64,000 nucleotides of DNA from Octopus bimaculoides (lineage: Eukaryota), in assembly GCF_001194135.2 (NCBI RefSeq), contig NC_068985.1, forward strand, positions 55,142,670-55,206,669. The letters run 5' to 3'. Below the pieces are notes generated by a model. The model made no database searches. It worked only from the letters and a program-made list of their open reading frames with translations, and was not told where the DNA came from. Shown here piece after piece: positions 12,902 to 25,296 of this stretch (position 1 is the first letter of the stretch; each line of letters opens with the position of its first letter). The position numbers and the translations under genes were made by a program.

Positions 12902-12949
12902 GTCTTACAGCTGTTTCTGGGATATTATGGATATCCCTTCATCAGAGAC
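12902..12949 (-). ncRNA. Minimal type I hammerhead ribozyme, canonical C3-G8 core
   Basis: gtct CTGATGA a gggatat ccata atatccc a GAAA cagctg TA agac. Confidence 0.75.
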
Positions 12950-13501
12950 AATGTGAGATGGTTAAATAGGGGTAAATATTTGAGTTTGAAATAAGGAATT
13001 ATTAAGGAAAAGGAGAAGATAGGGAATATAGAGGGAAATAAGAGAATGAAAGTAGAAATAAAATATAAAATAAAGATATTGTAGTTGCAGTTCCATTATT
13101 TGAGGAAAATGGTGTATAGAAGTGGTAAAAAAATTTCCTGCACATGGTATGTTAGTACCAGTGGTAGTTCATGTTTGGTCATTTCAAAGTATGGAACTGT
13201 GGATTCTGTGTTGCTCATTTGAAAAGGGTCTTCACACCACAAGACCCTTTTGAATGAGCAACACAGAATCCACAGCTCCATACTTTGAAATGACCAAACA
13301 TGAACTACCACTGGTACTAACATACCATGTACAGGAGACTTTTCTTCGAATAATGGAACTGAAATTACAATATCTTTATATATTTTATATTTTATTTCTA
13401 CTTTCATTCTCTTTCCCCTCTATACTTCCTATCTCCTCCTTTTCCATAATAATTCCTTATTTCAAACCCAAATATTTACTCCTATTTAACCATCTCACAT
13501 T

Positions 13502-13546
13502 GTCTCTGATGAAGGGATATCCATATCCCAGAAACAGCTGTAAGAC
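13502..13546 (+). ncRNA. Minimal type I hammerhead ribozyme, canonical C3-G8 core
   Basis: Stem I gtct/agac; CTGATGA 13506-13512; stem II gggata/tatccc; palindromic stem III ACAGCTGT; GUA site after 13542. Confidence 0.75.
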
Positions 13547-13799
13547 TATATCTATATCCTTTTCCTTAAAAATGTCCTGAAAACTACTCACAGCCTTGGC
13601 TTTGTTATCTCATTTTGTCTAATATATATATGCATGCTAATACAAGACCCACATTAGACTCCTCACTCGTATCACTATTGAATCAAAAGTTTAACTATTG
13701 TCTGTCCATAGCACTTACTTGGTGTTACTTGCCACTCTTTGGGTCTTCTAGATACCAATAGCTCTCATACCCTTGCTATATATATATATATATATATAA

Positions 13800-13950
13800 A
13801 CAATGAGGTTCTTTCAGTTTCTGTCTATCAAATCCACTCACAAGACTATGGTTGGCCCAAGTCTATAGTAGAAGACACTTGCCCAAGGTGCAACACAGTG
13901 GTACTGAACACAGAACCATGTGATTGGGAGGCAAGCTGCTTACCACACAG
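13800..13950 (-). mobile_element. SINE head A
   Basis: ttctttcagtttctgtctatcaaatccactcacaag...cacttgcccaaggtgc. Confidence 0.8.
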
Positions 13951-14299
13951 CTACACCAGTACTTATATACATGTGTGTATGTGCGTATATCTGTTATCTG
14001 TTTATTGAATGTTTGTTTTTCTATGCTAGCAAGGAAGGGTTAGATAAGTAGTTATTTGACAGACAGTTGCTCTTCCTGTTGCCAATTCTAACTGGTTTTT
14101 TAATTACATGTATGCAAGAGAGCATGTATTTATGTACATATGTATGTATGTGTGTGTGTGCGCACGTGCACACACGTGTGCCATTCTTTTACTCATTGTC
14201 TGCTATTGAGCCTAGTATTGCACACCTGTCCTGTCTGTATCTCTCTTTTACTCCCTCTTCCCTTCTTTGAATACAATGTAAAGTATGACTGAAGAGATC

Positions 14300-14515
14300 A
14301 ACTGACCAACATTTATACCAGCTGTTTTAGTGGTATTTTGTCTACTGTTATGTTCTGAGTTCAAATTCCACCAAAGTTGACTTTGCTTTTCATCCTTTTG
14401 GGGTTGATAAATTAAGTGTAAGTGAAGCACTTGAGCTGGTGTAATTGACTAGTACACTCCTTTCACCAAAACAAAAATTTCAGGCCCTGTGCCTATAACA
14501 GAAAGGTTATTATTA
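14300..14515 (+). mobile_element. Meta-like SINE (family M)
   Basis: ttctgagttcaaattccaccaaagttgactttgcttttcatccttttggggttgataaattaag; (ATT)n tail. Confidence 0.75.
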
Positions 14516-15471
14516 TAGACACACACCCAAACACAAGAATATACATACATATACACAAACATACACTTTCTGTAAATGACAAATCAAATGGCCACAGAAA
14601 CTAAAGAATATGGTTGATAGTAAAATTTCTATAAAAGCTTCCCATTTCCTCATCTAAATAGAAATACGTTTCTTGTTCTGTAGAATGTTGACACTGTGGC
14701 ACCAGAAAGTTCGATATTGACGCGATATTAACACGTAAACATGGAAGGGAGGGGGAATTAGGGGATAGATGCTGGATCATAAATATTTCACCACTCCCTC
14801 CTGCTCCAGCATCAATATGGAGTTATCATCACACATGCTTATACTTCAGAATAGTCTGCTTATACTTCAGAATAGTCTCTCCATAAACATTAACAGTAAA
14901 ACATTCATAATAAGCAGGAAATTTCAACTGTTTTGTTCTATTCATACAATGTTAACAAAGCTGGAAAAAAAATAAGGAAAAATAAATAAATAAAACCAAA
15001 CTTATTTATTGCTGTTAAAGTCTGAATTTCATGCAACACAATAACATCAAGGGAGATACAGTGGCGAAGAAAGGGAGAGAGGAAAGAGAGGGTAAAACAG
15101 ACAGAGAGGGAGAGGGAAAGAGAGGCTAAAACAGAGAAAAAGGGGGAGAGAGGAAGAGAAGTAAAGGAACAGTCATAAAAAAAGGGAAAATTTACATTAG
15201 ATATAAAGAGCATTAGTGAAAGCCCTTAATAAGTCCATGACTACACTCATCATAATAATTTCAGGCTGCAATGGTTTCGTTTGGGAATGGTTTCTGCAAG
15301 CTAATTTTTAGGGATGAAAGGTAATCTTTACATGGTTATCTTTAACTTTTAGCCTTCCAAAATCAATAAAAACAGAGTACCAATCACAAACTGGGGTTGA
15401 TGGTATTAAGTAAACCAACTCCCTTCAAATTTGCTGGTCTTGTGCTAAAATCAGAAACCCCATTTATTATT

Positions 15472-16320
15472 AAGGTGGTGAGATGACAGTTATTAAAGCA
15501 GCAAATGAAATGCTTAGAGGCATTTTTTCCCGCCATCTATGTTTTGAGTTCAAATACTACTGACGCCAACTTTGCCTTTCATGCTTTGGGGCTTGAGAAA
15601 ATATTGTACCAGTCAAATACTAGCAGCAATGTAATCAACTTGCCCCACTTCCCTCAAATTTACCGGCCTTGTGCCAAAATTAGAAACCATTCCAATGAAG
15701 TCAATTCTGCCTTTTATCTTTTTTGGGTCGATAAAATATATAACTAGTTGAGCATAGGGTTGAATGTAACTGACTAGTACTCAGCTCCAAAATTTTAGAC
15801 CTTGTGCCACATTATTACTAGACAGTGAACTGGCAGAATCGTTACTACACCGGACAAAATGCTTAGTGGCATTTCATCTGCCTTTGTGTTCTGAGTTCAA
15901 ATTCCACTGAGGTTAACTTAGTTTTCTTCTTTTCAAGCTCAATGAAATAAGTATCAGTTAAATACTGAAATTGATTTACCACCTCCCCCAAAATTTCAGG
16001 GCTTGTGCCTATGGTAGAAAGGATTATTATTATCATTATCATTATTATTAACAAGGCAGTGAATTGACAGAATCATTTGCACACTGGACAAAATGCTTAG
16101 TGGCATTTCATCAATCATCATGTTCAGAGTTCAAATGTTGCCAGAGTCAACTTTACCTTTCATTCTTTGGGGTTGATAAAATAAGTACCAGCTGAGTACT
16201 GGAGTCAATGTAATTGGCTTAAAAATAACACCGGGGTCAGTTCAGTTGACTAAACCCTACAAGGTTGTACCCCAACATGGCCAAGTCCAATGACTGAAAC
16301 AAGTATAAAATAAAAGTCTG
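15472..16320 (+). mobile_element. Head-to-tail cluster of four family-M SINEs; the last ends in a tail-B terminus
   Basis: Units start at about 15472, 15700 (truncated), 15820 and 16052, separated by (ATT)n; 16230-16320 ends aatgactgaaacaagtataaaataaaag. Confidence 0.75.
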
Positions 16321-16344
16321 AATCTTATGACATGTCACAAGGGT

Positions 16345-16577
16345 GTATCTCAATGATGTATCACAATCTTTTAGCTTAATGATGTATCATAGTCATTTAT
16401 GTTAATAATGTATAACAGCCTGCATCTCAATGATGTATCATAGTCCTTCACATTAATAACTGATCATGGTTTTTTAATGATATATCATAGTTCTTTATCT
16501 CAATGAAATATCACAGTCCTTAATTTTAACCACGTCTCATTGTCCTTTATCTTAATGATGCATCATGGCTTTTTATC
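16345..16577. repeat. Diverged ~26-bp minisatellite
   Basis: Recurrent (tc)ttaatgatgtatcatagtc(c)tt units. Confidence 0.7.
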
Positions 16578-16648
16578 TTCATATGTATATATATAGGAAA
16601 ATGAAAAAAAAGGCAGAATGCTAAACTGGAAGCATATTTTAATAAAGA

Positions 16649-16688
16649 TTTCTAACCGGTTTTCATGCGAAAGCAAATTATCAAGAAG
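16649..16688 (-). ncRNA. Minimal hammerhead, U3-A8 core variant (stem II one base shorter)
   Basis: cttc TTGATAA tt tgc tttc gca t GAAA accggt TA gaaa. Confidence 0.5.
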
Positions 16689-17074
16689 AAGTAGAATGAA
16701 AATGTTTTTTACAAAGAAGTACAAAATGAAGAAAATAATATATAAAAAAATAAATATACGCATACATTATATTGTCTTTGAGCTTTTGAGTTCATAACTC
16801 CAACTAAAAACATTTGTCTCCCCTTACACACACTTCCTGTTTTGACACCACATTTCCTGCTTAACACAAACTTTTAACCCTTTTTTTAAACCTAACAAAA
16901 CTCTCAACTCTCATGCATCCTTATTTTTCCTACCATTATATACATGAACTACTATTGAACTTCAAAAGCTCAAAGACAATATAATGTATGTGTATATTTA
17001 TTTTTTTATATATTATTTTTTTATATATTATTTTCTTCATTTTGTACTTCTTTGTAAAAAACATTTTCATTCTC

Positions 17075-17115
17075 TTTCTTGATAATTTGCTTTCGCAATG
17101 AAAACCGGTTAGAAA
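17075..17115 (+). ncRNA. Minimal hammerhead, U3-A8 core variant
   Basis: tttc TTGATAA t ttgc tttc gcaa t GAAA accggt TA gaaa; palindromic AACCGGTT stem III; UUA site. Confidence 0.6.
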
Positions 17116-17254
17116 TCTTTATTAAAATATGCTTCCAGTTTAGCATTCTGCCTTTTTTTCATTTTCCTATGTATCTCCAAAAAGTTGACTTTTAGTGAGT
17201 GAGAGGGAGAGAGAGACGGAGAGAGAAGGAGAGAGAGATTCTCAGTCCAACTGT

Positions 17255-17295
<41 letters not shown>

Positions 17296-17746
17296 TGTAT
17301 AAATATACAAACATATTCTTTTATGATTAAGTGATAAAGTTGACTGCATTCATGATGACTCTTGTCCAGACTGGTATTGTGTTATACAATGTATAACAAA
17401 AAGCATATCACTTACAAAGTTAATAATTTAAGATGGAGATAGTTGACCGTTGTTGATATTGTTTAACCCAGGCTGGCCTGATCCAGCAGGCTTTAATCAA
17501 AGACATTTCAGCTGTGAGATCATCAAACCTTTTATTCACACATGGTTTATTTAGGAGTACATTATCCAATGTATAATTTTTTTTTAAGAGGATATGATTT
17601 GTGAGCAATTTTACTGTTATTTATAGCAAGTTGAGGGACTGTATACAAGCTCTCTCATTCGTTTTTACATAAGTTGTGGAATGATGTAATATCCAGAAAC
17701 AAGAAATATAAAACCTGGAGAGTGGGGTTACAAATATAGGGGATTT

Positions 17747-18472
17747 GGATCTTGTTCAAAACAGGGGCACCAGTATTTTCTTAACGAAACACTTTGAAAC
17801 TTGAGACACTGGTAGAATATGTCATATAAAACATCTTCTTCTCTTAGTCTTCTTAACAAAAAAACGTACATCGCAAGTTATTTCATGTTAAAGTTGTCGT
17901 ATTTCTGTAATTTCAACCAATGACTGACGTCCATTCAACCGTAAAAATTAAGTGCTGACTACGTAAACAAACGATTCTCACGGTGATAAAATTATTATTT
18001 CCTTGTCAAAAAATGGCTGAAGCATATTGGCAGTAGCTAATAAACCTTTCTANNNNNNNNNNNNNNNNNNNNNNNNNNNNNNNNNNNNNNNNNNNNNNNN
18101 NNNNNNNNNNNNNNNNNNNNNNNNNNNNNNNNNNNNNNNNNNNNNNNNNNNNNNNNNNNNNNNNNNNNNNNNNNNNNNNNNNNNNNNNNNNNNNNNNNNN
18201 NNNNNNNNNATGTCAGAAGTAATGGAGATTAAATACGCTTTACACCGCTTAAAGTGCCAAAGGAGTAAATGTAAACAGCTGAATACTTGTCAGTGATTGG
18301 TTGAAATTATCGAAATAAGACAATTTTTTACATGAAATAAATTCGAATACAAAATTTTTTTCTGTTCTATAACACAAAATAGATAAGTATACGAAGTTTG
18401 AAAGTCTTTCGGTACCAAAAACACTACATAAAACATAAATGAAAACTGGTGCCCCCGTTTTGAACAAGATCC
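17747..18472. mobile_element. Non-autonomous DNA transposon, GG-starting TIR and 8-bp TSD (Merlin- or Mutator-like)
   Basis: TIR GGATCTTGTTCAAAAC(A/G)GGGGCACCAGT at both ends; direct repeat ggggattt at 17739-17746 and 18473-18480; inner inverted motif ttcaaccaat(g/c)actgac; contains gap 18053-18209. Confidence 0.8.
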
Positions 18473-18600
18473 GGGGATTTTAACAAGCATAGGGAATTTT
18501 AACAGGTATAGGGATTTTAACAAGTATAAGGGATTTGGACAAGTATAGGGGTTTCAACAAGAATGGGGGTTCTAGCAAGAAACATAAGGTAAGCAATGTG
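18473..18600. repeat. ~19-20-bp minisatellite (ggggattttaacaagtata)
   Basis: About five decaying tandem units; one related unit lies upstream of 17747. Confidence 0.75.
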
Positions 18601-19279
18601 GATTTTATCAAGGAATATAGGTTAAGTACAGAGAGTTTTAAGCAAAATATCATTAAAAACAAACTTTCCTTTTGTACAGAAACAGTTCAAGGTGAAAACT
18701 AATCTGAAAGAGATAGTGGTAAAGAAAGAGAGACACAGAAAGATGTAGAAGGGAGAGGGGGTAGTATTTAGCCTTGAACTTAGACAGAGAAGACATAATG
18801 GTAGAGGAAAGCAAAATTAGTGAAGAGATAATTAGGTTGAAGCAATCTCTAATTGTCAGGAGTAATGAATGACATTCACATTGGTAATCAACAGTGAGGG
18901 AAATGTCAGAGTAACAACAACAAGCAATGTTGATGGTTATTTACAGTATAATAATAATAATAATAATAATAATGATAATAATAATCATCATCATCCTTTC
19001 AACGATAGGGACAAGGCCTGAAATTTTTGGGGGTGGGGGTATAGGTTGATTACATTGACCCCAGTACTTAGCTGGTACTTTTCATCCTTCCATGGTTGAC
19101 AAAATGAAGTACCAGTCTAGTATGCGGTGGGAATCAATGGTATTGCTGTTTGGTGGATTGAGCAAATTTATGATCAAATCTGTTCCAGCCATGACCCTCC
19201 AGTATTTTGTGTATTGAGGACAACATTGTCCAGTGTGTTTCATCTTATAGTAGAAAGGATTATTAGTACTTCCACTAAG

Positions 19280-19510
19280 GCAGTGAGTGACCTGGCAGAA
19301 TCGTTAGCACGCTGGACAAAAGGTTTAGCAGCATTTCATCTGTCTTTACATTCTGAGTTCAAATTCCACTGAGGTCATCTTTGCTTTTCATCCTTTTGGG
19401 GTCGATAAATTATGAACCAGTGAAACACTGAGATTGATGTAATCGACTAATTCCTTCCCCCAAAATTTCAGGCCTTGTGCCTTTAGTAGAAAGGATTATT
19501 ATTATTATTA
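19280..19510 (+). mobile_element. Meta-like SINE (family M), near full length
   Basis: aaggcagtgagtgacctggcagaatcgttagcacgc...gggtcgataaattatgaaccag...(ATT)n. Confidence 0.85.
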
Positions 19511-20504
19511 TTATTATCATTATCATTACATTAGCATTAAAAAACTTAATTTCTGGAAACTGGATTCACTTGTGTTACATTCTTGGCAGGGAAATCTTAT
19601 TAATTCTAGTAGACTGTCTCTAATTACTAGGGTTAAAACTATTCTCTCTACAAGAATGTGGACAAGACATTAAGAGAGAGAGAGAGAGAGAGCACTATCA
19701 GCTATCAATCATAAAAAAGGCTATCATTTAAAACTGAAAAACATTTTAGACTGTGATAAAGTGTAAGTAATATAATCCTGTTAAAACAGGCCAATAAGAG
19801 GAAGGAATCTAAATTACAAAGCAAAGAAGATGACATTGACAATGATGATGAGAATGATAGCAATGATGATGATGATGACTTACTGTGTGATGAAGACAAC
19901 AGAATGCAAATTAAAATAAAAAGAATGAAAGGGATACAGGTGATGACAAATGTATTTTTGAATACTTGTAAAAAGTAAAACAAACAATCAAAAAAAGCAA
20001 ACAAACAAAAAACTTCAGAACAGATTAGAATAAATTGTTGTTTATCAATACGAATTGAGTTGCAGATATTAATTAGTAATTAATCCTCTTTTACTATGAT
20101 GATATAACCAACAGCTTATTTTTATAGTCCATTTAACTTAACTTCACAACAAGTACACACCTTGAAATCAGTCCAATAACAAATTGTTCTCATAAAAGTA
20201 ATCAGAATTTTAGATTGGTAGTGGTTGGTTGGCTGTTTGGTTGATTGATTATCAGAAAATTGATTCAAGTGAGGATGAGGAATTCTGAGATTGCTAACTC
20301 ATACCATGAAGGTGTCTCCGACACACCTTCAAGTATCTTCAAAGTACAAAGTGCAAAATGCATATTTGGAGGTACAAAAAAAATAGTTTCTTACTGAGAT
20401 TAGATTCTAAAATTAAGCAAGTTCTGAAATATTATAAATGAAAAATAACTTCAAAAATGTAATTTAAGATATTTTAATGACCTCTAATTAATTAGAGATG
20501 TAAG

Positions 20505-20661
20505 CATGGCTGTGTAGTTAAAGAGCTTGTTTCCTAACCATGTGGTCTCAGGTTCAGTTACACTGTACAACACCATGGGCAAGTATCTTCTACTTTAGTT
20601 CCAGGCCAACCAAAAGCTTGTGAGTGGATCGGGTAGACTGAAACTGAAATCTGTGTGTTAT

Positions 20662-20716
<55 letters not shown>

Positions 20717-20935
20717 CCACCCTTGTATTGACATCATGTGATGACTGTAAATGATCATCACCATCATACAAGCAAAATTGTTCATTTCCAGTCTTCCGGG
20801 AGAAATATTATCTTACTTGGAAACAGGTGAGGGTTGGCAACAGAAAGGACATTCAGTCACAGAAAATTTGCCTCAACAAATTCTGTCAGACCTGTACAAG
20901 CATGGAAAAGTGAACATTAAACAGTGATGACGATC
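20505..20935 (+). mobile_element. SINE head A + (TA)n + tail C
   Basis: As 4015-4470. Confidence 0.8.
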
Positions 20936-21194
20936 TTGTAAAATGTAAAGAAATTGTATTAATCACTTGTAATTTTGATAAGGATGGATTACAGTCCTAG
21001 GTGGTGTTGATATAAATGATATTTGAGCTGCCAGAAGAAAAACTTCAACAGAAAAAAAAAAAAAAATACAGAAGTGATTGATATTTCAGAAAGAAAAGAT
21101 GAAGTTGTGGGTAAAAGAAAAGTGAAAGAAATTGTTATATTATAACAAGTACTAACAAAAACCTGAGTAGAATACTTCTATACTACATACAGGT

Positions 21195-21625
21195 TTCAAA
21201 TTTTGGCACAAGGCCAGCAATTTTGAAGGAGGGGTAAGTTGATTACATCAGTTCCTGTGCACAATTGGTACTCATTTTATCCACCCCGAAAGGATGAAAG
21301 GCAAATTTGAACTCAGAATGTAAAGACAGAGGAAATGCTGTTAGGCATTTTTGCCTGGCATACTAACAATTCTGCTAGCTTGCCACCTACTTCCAATACT
21401 ATATATTCTTTTCTAATCTAGGCACAAGGTCCAAAATTTTTGGTGAGAGGCCAGTCGATTAGATTGACCTCAGTATGCAGCTGGTACTTAATTTATCGAC
21501 TCCCAAGAGGATGAAAGGCAAAGTCAACCTCGGCAGAATTTGAACTCAGAATGTAATGACAGAGGAAACGCTGTTTAAGCATTTTGCCCAGCGTGCTAAC
21601 AATACTGCTAGTTTGCCGCCTACTT
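21195..21625 (-). mobile_element. Tandem doublet of family-M SINEs
   Basis: Two consecutive reverse-complement copies, each followed by cctacttcc. Confidence 0.8.
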
Positions 21626-23179
21626 CCTTTTACTTTATATTGTAATTTTAAAGTTTGCCTAATTCATATAAAATGCTCAAAATATGCTCCTTCAACTTTC
21701 AAGCATATTTGCAATATTTTGGGTTCCGGGACTGGGAAATATCGAGACGTATATCAGCAGTCAAGATGGCATAGCTGCAGCTGGAACATGTTTGATAACA
21801 TGTTTATTTGATACAGCTGACCAGGACTAAACAACAACATTACACTACCAAACAAATACACTACAACAAACCAATGAAGGAGCCTCTATGTGGTCACTCA
21901 ACCTGCTAGAAATAGAAGCCAATATCTCTTTCTTCCTCCCTCCATCTGTCTGTCTGAAGACGGACACTTTAGATAATGCAGTCCTAGATACTATGTCTCA
22001 ATCAAAACAAATTTAATTATGACAATTCAATTCCACTTGGTAGTTATTTCATGACTTGTGACAGAGCCTGTGTATGTATATGAAAGAGAGAGAGGGAGGA
22101 GGAGGAGGAGGAGTGGGGGAGTTTTTGTTAAAGTATATGCTGATATTCTTGGACAAAAGCTTACTCCACCCTCAGCTACTTCAATCATAACAAAACAGCA
22201 TGAGTCATTTGATGCTCCCTTTGACACATGCAGAGAGGCCTTATTAACCCTTGGATTCTATATGAGAGGTTGAAAGTTTATTTTTGTAAGTGGAGATTGA
22301 TGGCTGCTGGGATGAAGAGAATAAGGCTGTTAGGTCAGAACTGGCATTAACTTTTGTCACACCGAGTTCTAAATTGCATGCAAAGTAGGAGGAACAATGC
22401 TAAGGGAATTGGCTGATATTGGTAAACAGCAGCAAATGTCAACAGTGTGGAATTATATCAGTGGTAAGGATGGGAAGTTGGGCAATGCAAGTAAAACTGT
22501 AAAAACAAAATATATCAGTAAAACAGTTGTACTCTAACATTTACACATTTACAAAACATACCACGCAGAGCAATTAAGGATACCAGAAACATTAAACAAT
22601 TATTAGATTACTTTAAAACCCAAACAGGTGTGTGTATGTGCATGCAGGCATGTGTATGAGTATATTTAGACACAAAATTCTGAGGTTCTTTTAGTCATGT
22701 CAAGGAAGTGATCACTCTAGTGGTGGTATTATGAACAACGCACCCAGTACATTGTGCAAAGTCTGAGGTTGTGTATCTTTCTCTCACTTCCTCCTCACTC
22801 TCTATATACGATATAAAATATCACTAAATAAACCAATCAACCAGTCAATGAACATATCAGCTGTTATTATTATAGAGAAACGTACATACAATTCCATCTT
22901 TATATTCTAAAATGACTGGAAAAAGGAAAGGAATTTCTACATATTTGAATTAGCAGAACTAGTCAACACATTAGACTTCAAGAGTTAAACATATTTTACA
23001 TATACCTCAGATCTTATCATACATTTCTCCATTAAATAAATGTGAATTAATTTACCAACTAGGAAAGCTAATTTGTTTTCCTAGTTGCTGTTTTCAAAGT
23101 ACAGTACTACTACTACTACTACTCTGATGCCACTATTGTCAACATCAGTAGCAGCATTGATGAGGATAATAATAATAAT

Positions 23180-23385
23180 CCTTTCTACTAAAGGCACCAA
23201 GCCTGTGGGAGAGACCAGTTGATTATATCAAGCCCAGTGTTTCACTGGTACTTAATTTATTGACCCTGGAAGGATGAAGGCTAAAGTCAACCTTGACGGA
23301 ATTTGAACTCAGAATGTAAAGACAGATGAAATACTGCTAAGCATTTTACTTGGAATGCTGATGATTCTGCCAGCTTGCCACTTAG
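23180..23385 (-). mobile_element. Family-M SINE
   Basis: Reverse complement of the 19280 type, preceded by (AAT)n. Confidence 0.8.
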
Positions 23386-23429
23386 CAACAACAGTAAAAA
23401 AAAAAGGACTGATGAGAAAAAGTTCACCA

Positions 23430-24290
23430 ATACAACTGTAAAGAGAAAGTCCAACGTGGAAAGTGTCTAACAAACATCAAATGTAGCTGATAAAGAATCC
23501 TGGAGATGGTTAAGTCATGGATTTTCAAAAAAGACAGAAGACTTGACCATGCTGTGCAAGAACAAGTTTACAAACTAATGCATTTAAGTACAGTATTGAC
23601 AAGACATCAGAAATAATACTGTGTAGAAACATCTGAAACAATTTGACATGTAGTTAGTGGGTGTTCAAAACTGGCTTGGAGGGAGTACAAAAGAACGCCA
23701 TGAAAAAGGGAGTACATGGGAAGACATGCAGGATGTGTACGCAAGAGTGTACGAGGGGACGTTGAAGAGTTCCTGAGTAAAAGAAAATACATAAGGATCA
23801 GTTAATTATGATCTTATTCAACATATTTCACTCTCAGATTCACATACTTATTGCAATGGTCCTTCAGTTTTTCTAAGTCTTGTAAAAATTCTCAGAAGGT
23901 TGGGCTTCCAACCAGGCCTTTCACAATATCTTAAAGCCAGGAACTTTTCAGTGTCCCCTTGTACTAACAAGTGGCACAAACACCAATCACTGTGAGTCAC
24001 AAACAATGATCAAATGAAACCCAACTGGAATATGACTATCTACATGCATATGAAGCTGCAACATAATTGACCAGAAATGAGACTAAAGAATGGATCCTCA
24101 TTGACATAACAGTATCTGCAGATCAGAACATTGTGAAGACATAGAATGAAGAAGTCAAAAGGTATCAAGACATGGCATTTGAAATGGAGCATATTCATCA
24201 AGAATCAAGTGTGAGTGTGATACCCATTGTAATGTGTGCACTCAGAACCCTCTCAAAGGAAACAAAAGTAAGTTGTATCAGGTATCATTG
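23430..24290 (+). mobile_element. R4/Dong-like non-LTR retrotransposon 3' fragment (CCHC + restriction-like endonuclease), decayed
   Basis: Across frameshifts: DKESWRWLSHG; SLQTNAFKYSIDKTSE; ETI*HVVSGCSKLAWREYKR; EWILIDITVSADQNIVKT*NEEVKRYQDMAFEM...VIPIVMCALRTLSK. Confidence 0.75.
23752..23961. mobile_element. 210-bp mariner-derived MITE with TA TSD
   Basis: TA-cgaggggacgttgaagagttcctg ... caggaacttttcagtgtccccttg-TA. Confidence 0.85.
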
Positions 24291-24503
24291 GAAACACATA
24301 GTTGGTGGCCATGTTTGGAACAGTATATGTGTTACATGTCTAAGCTGGGTAAGTGTTGCAGCTCTAAGCTGCAAGAAGGAGCTGAGACACAGACAACCCA
24401 GAACAACAACAAAACTAAAATGAAATGTCATTATAATAATTTTACATCTGCTTTTTTTTTTTTGCGATAACAGTTTGTCATATATATATGTTCTTTTTTG
24501 TAA

Positions 24504-24911
24504 AACTTGTTTCAGTCATTTGACTGCAGCCATGCAAGAGCATTACTTTGAAAGGTTTTAATTGAACAAACTGACACCAGGACTTATTTCTTAAGCCTAG
24601 TACTTATTCTATTGATCTCTTTAGCCAAACCACTAAGTTACAGGGATGCAAACACCAACACTGGTTGTCAAGAGGTGATGGGGGGGGGGGGACAGACACA
24701 GCGACACGCACACACACACACATAGATATATACATATATATATATATGATGGCCTTCTTTCAGTTTCTGTCTACCAAATCCACTCACAAGGCTTTGATTG
24801 GCCCAAGGTTATAGTAGAAGACACTTGCCTAAGATGCCATACAGTGGGACTTAAACCAGAACCATGTGGTAGGGAAGCAAGGTTCTTACCACTTAGCCAC
24901 ACCTGTGCCTA
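24504..24911 (-). mobile_element. SINE head A + tail B
   Basis: Reverse complement of the 47763-48169 type. Confidence 0.85.
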
Positions 24912-25296
24912 TGCACACACACACACCCACATGCTTATGAATATAAATGAATATGCACAAACACAGACATACATAGGCATATATGCACATGTGCATAAAT
25001 ATGCAGCCATCTACGTCCTTCACATTAGTTTTATGTTCATGTTCCCATATTTACATGAAGTATACAGGTCTTTAAATTAGTGAAATCCCACATAAATCAA
25101 CTGTGTACTCACTGCAAATGCTAATTGTTCACTAACAAACTGGAAGTGGCATTTATTTTCAGTTAGTATGAACTGACTTTAGCCAACTGATGATAAGATC
25201 ATCAGATTAATGGTATAAAGTATATAAGACTGAGTGCTTTTAGAAATTCTGCTATGAAGCCTTTGTATTTCCTTTGACAGTGCATTGAGAAATTAA

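Larger units (their letters stand above)
12837..13620. mobile_element. 784-bp palindromic Penelope-like fold-back element
   Basis: Arms 12837-13232 and 13241-13620 with 8-nt loop cacaccac; flanked by (TA)n. Each arm has a hammerhead motif and the peptide HELPLVLTYH, resembling the Penelope RT C-terminal PLVLTYHP motif. Confidence 0.85.
16593..17170. mobile_element. Penelope-like fold-back element, ~200-bp arms and ~160-bp spacer
   Basis: Arms about 16593-16795 and 16955-17170 are reverse complements; the left arm abuts a TA run; a hammerhead-like motif is present in each arm. Confidence 0.8.

Noticed and set aside
14685-14740. Good acceptor with CpG-containing sequence
   Set aside because: Stops in all three frames before a credible donor.
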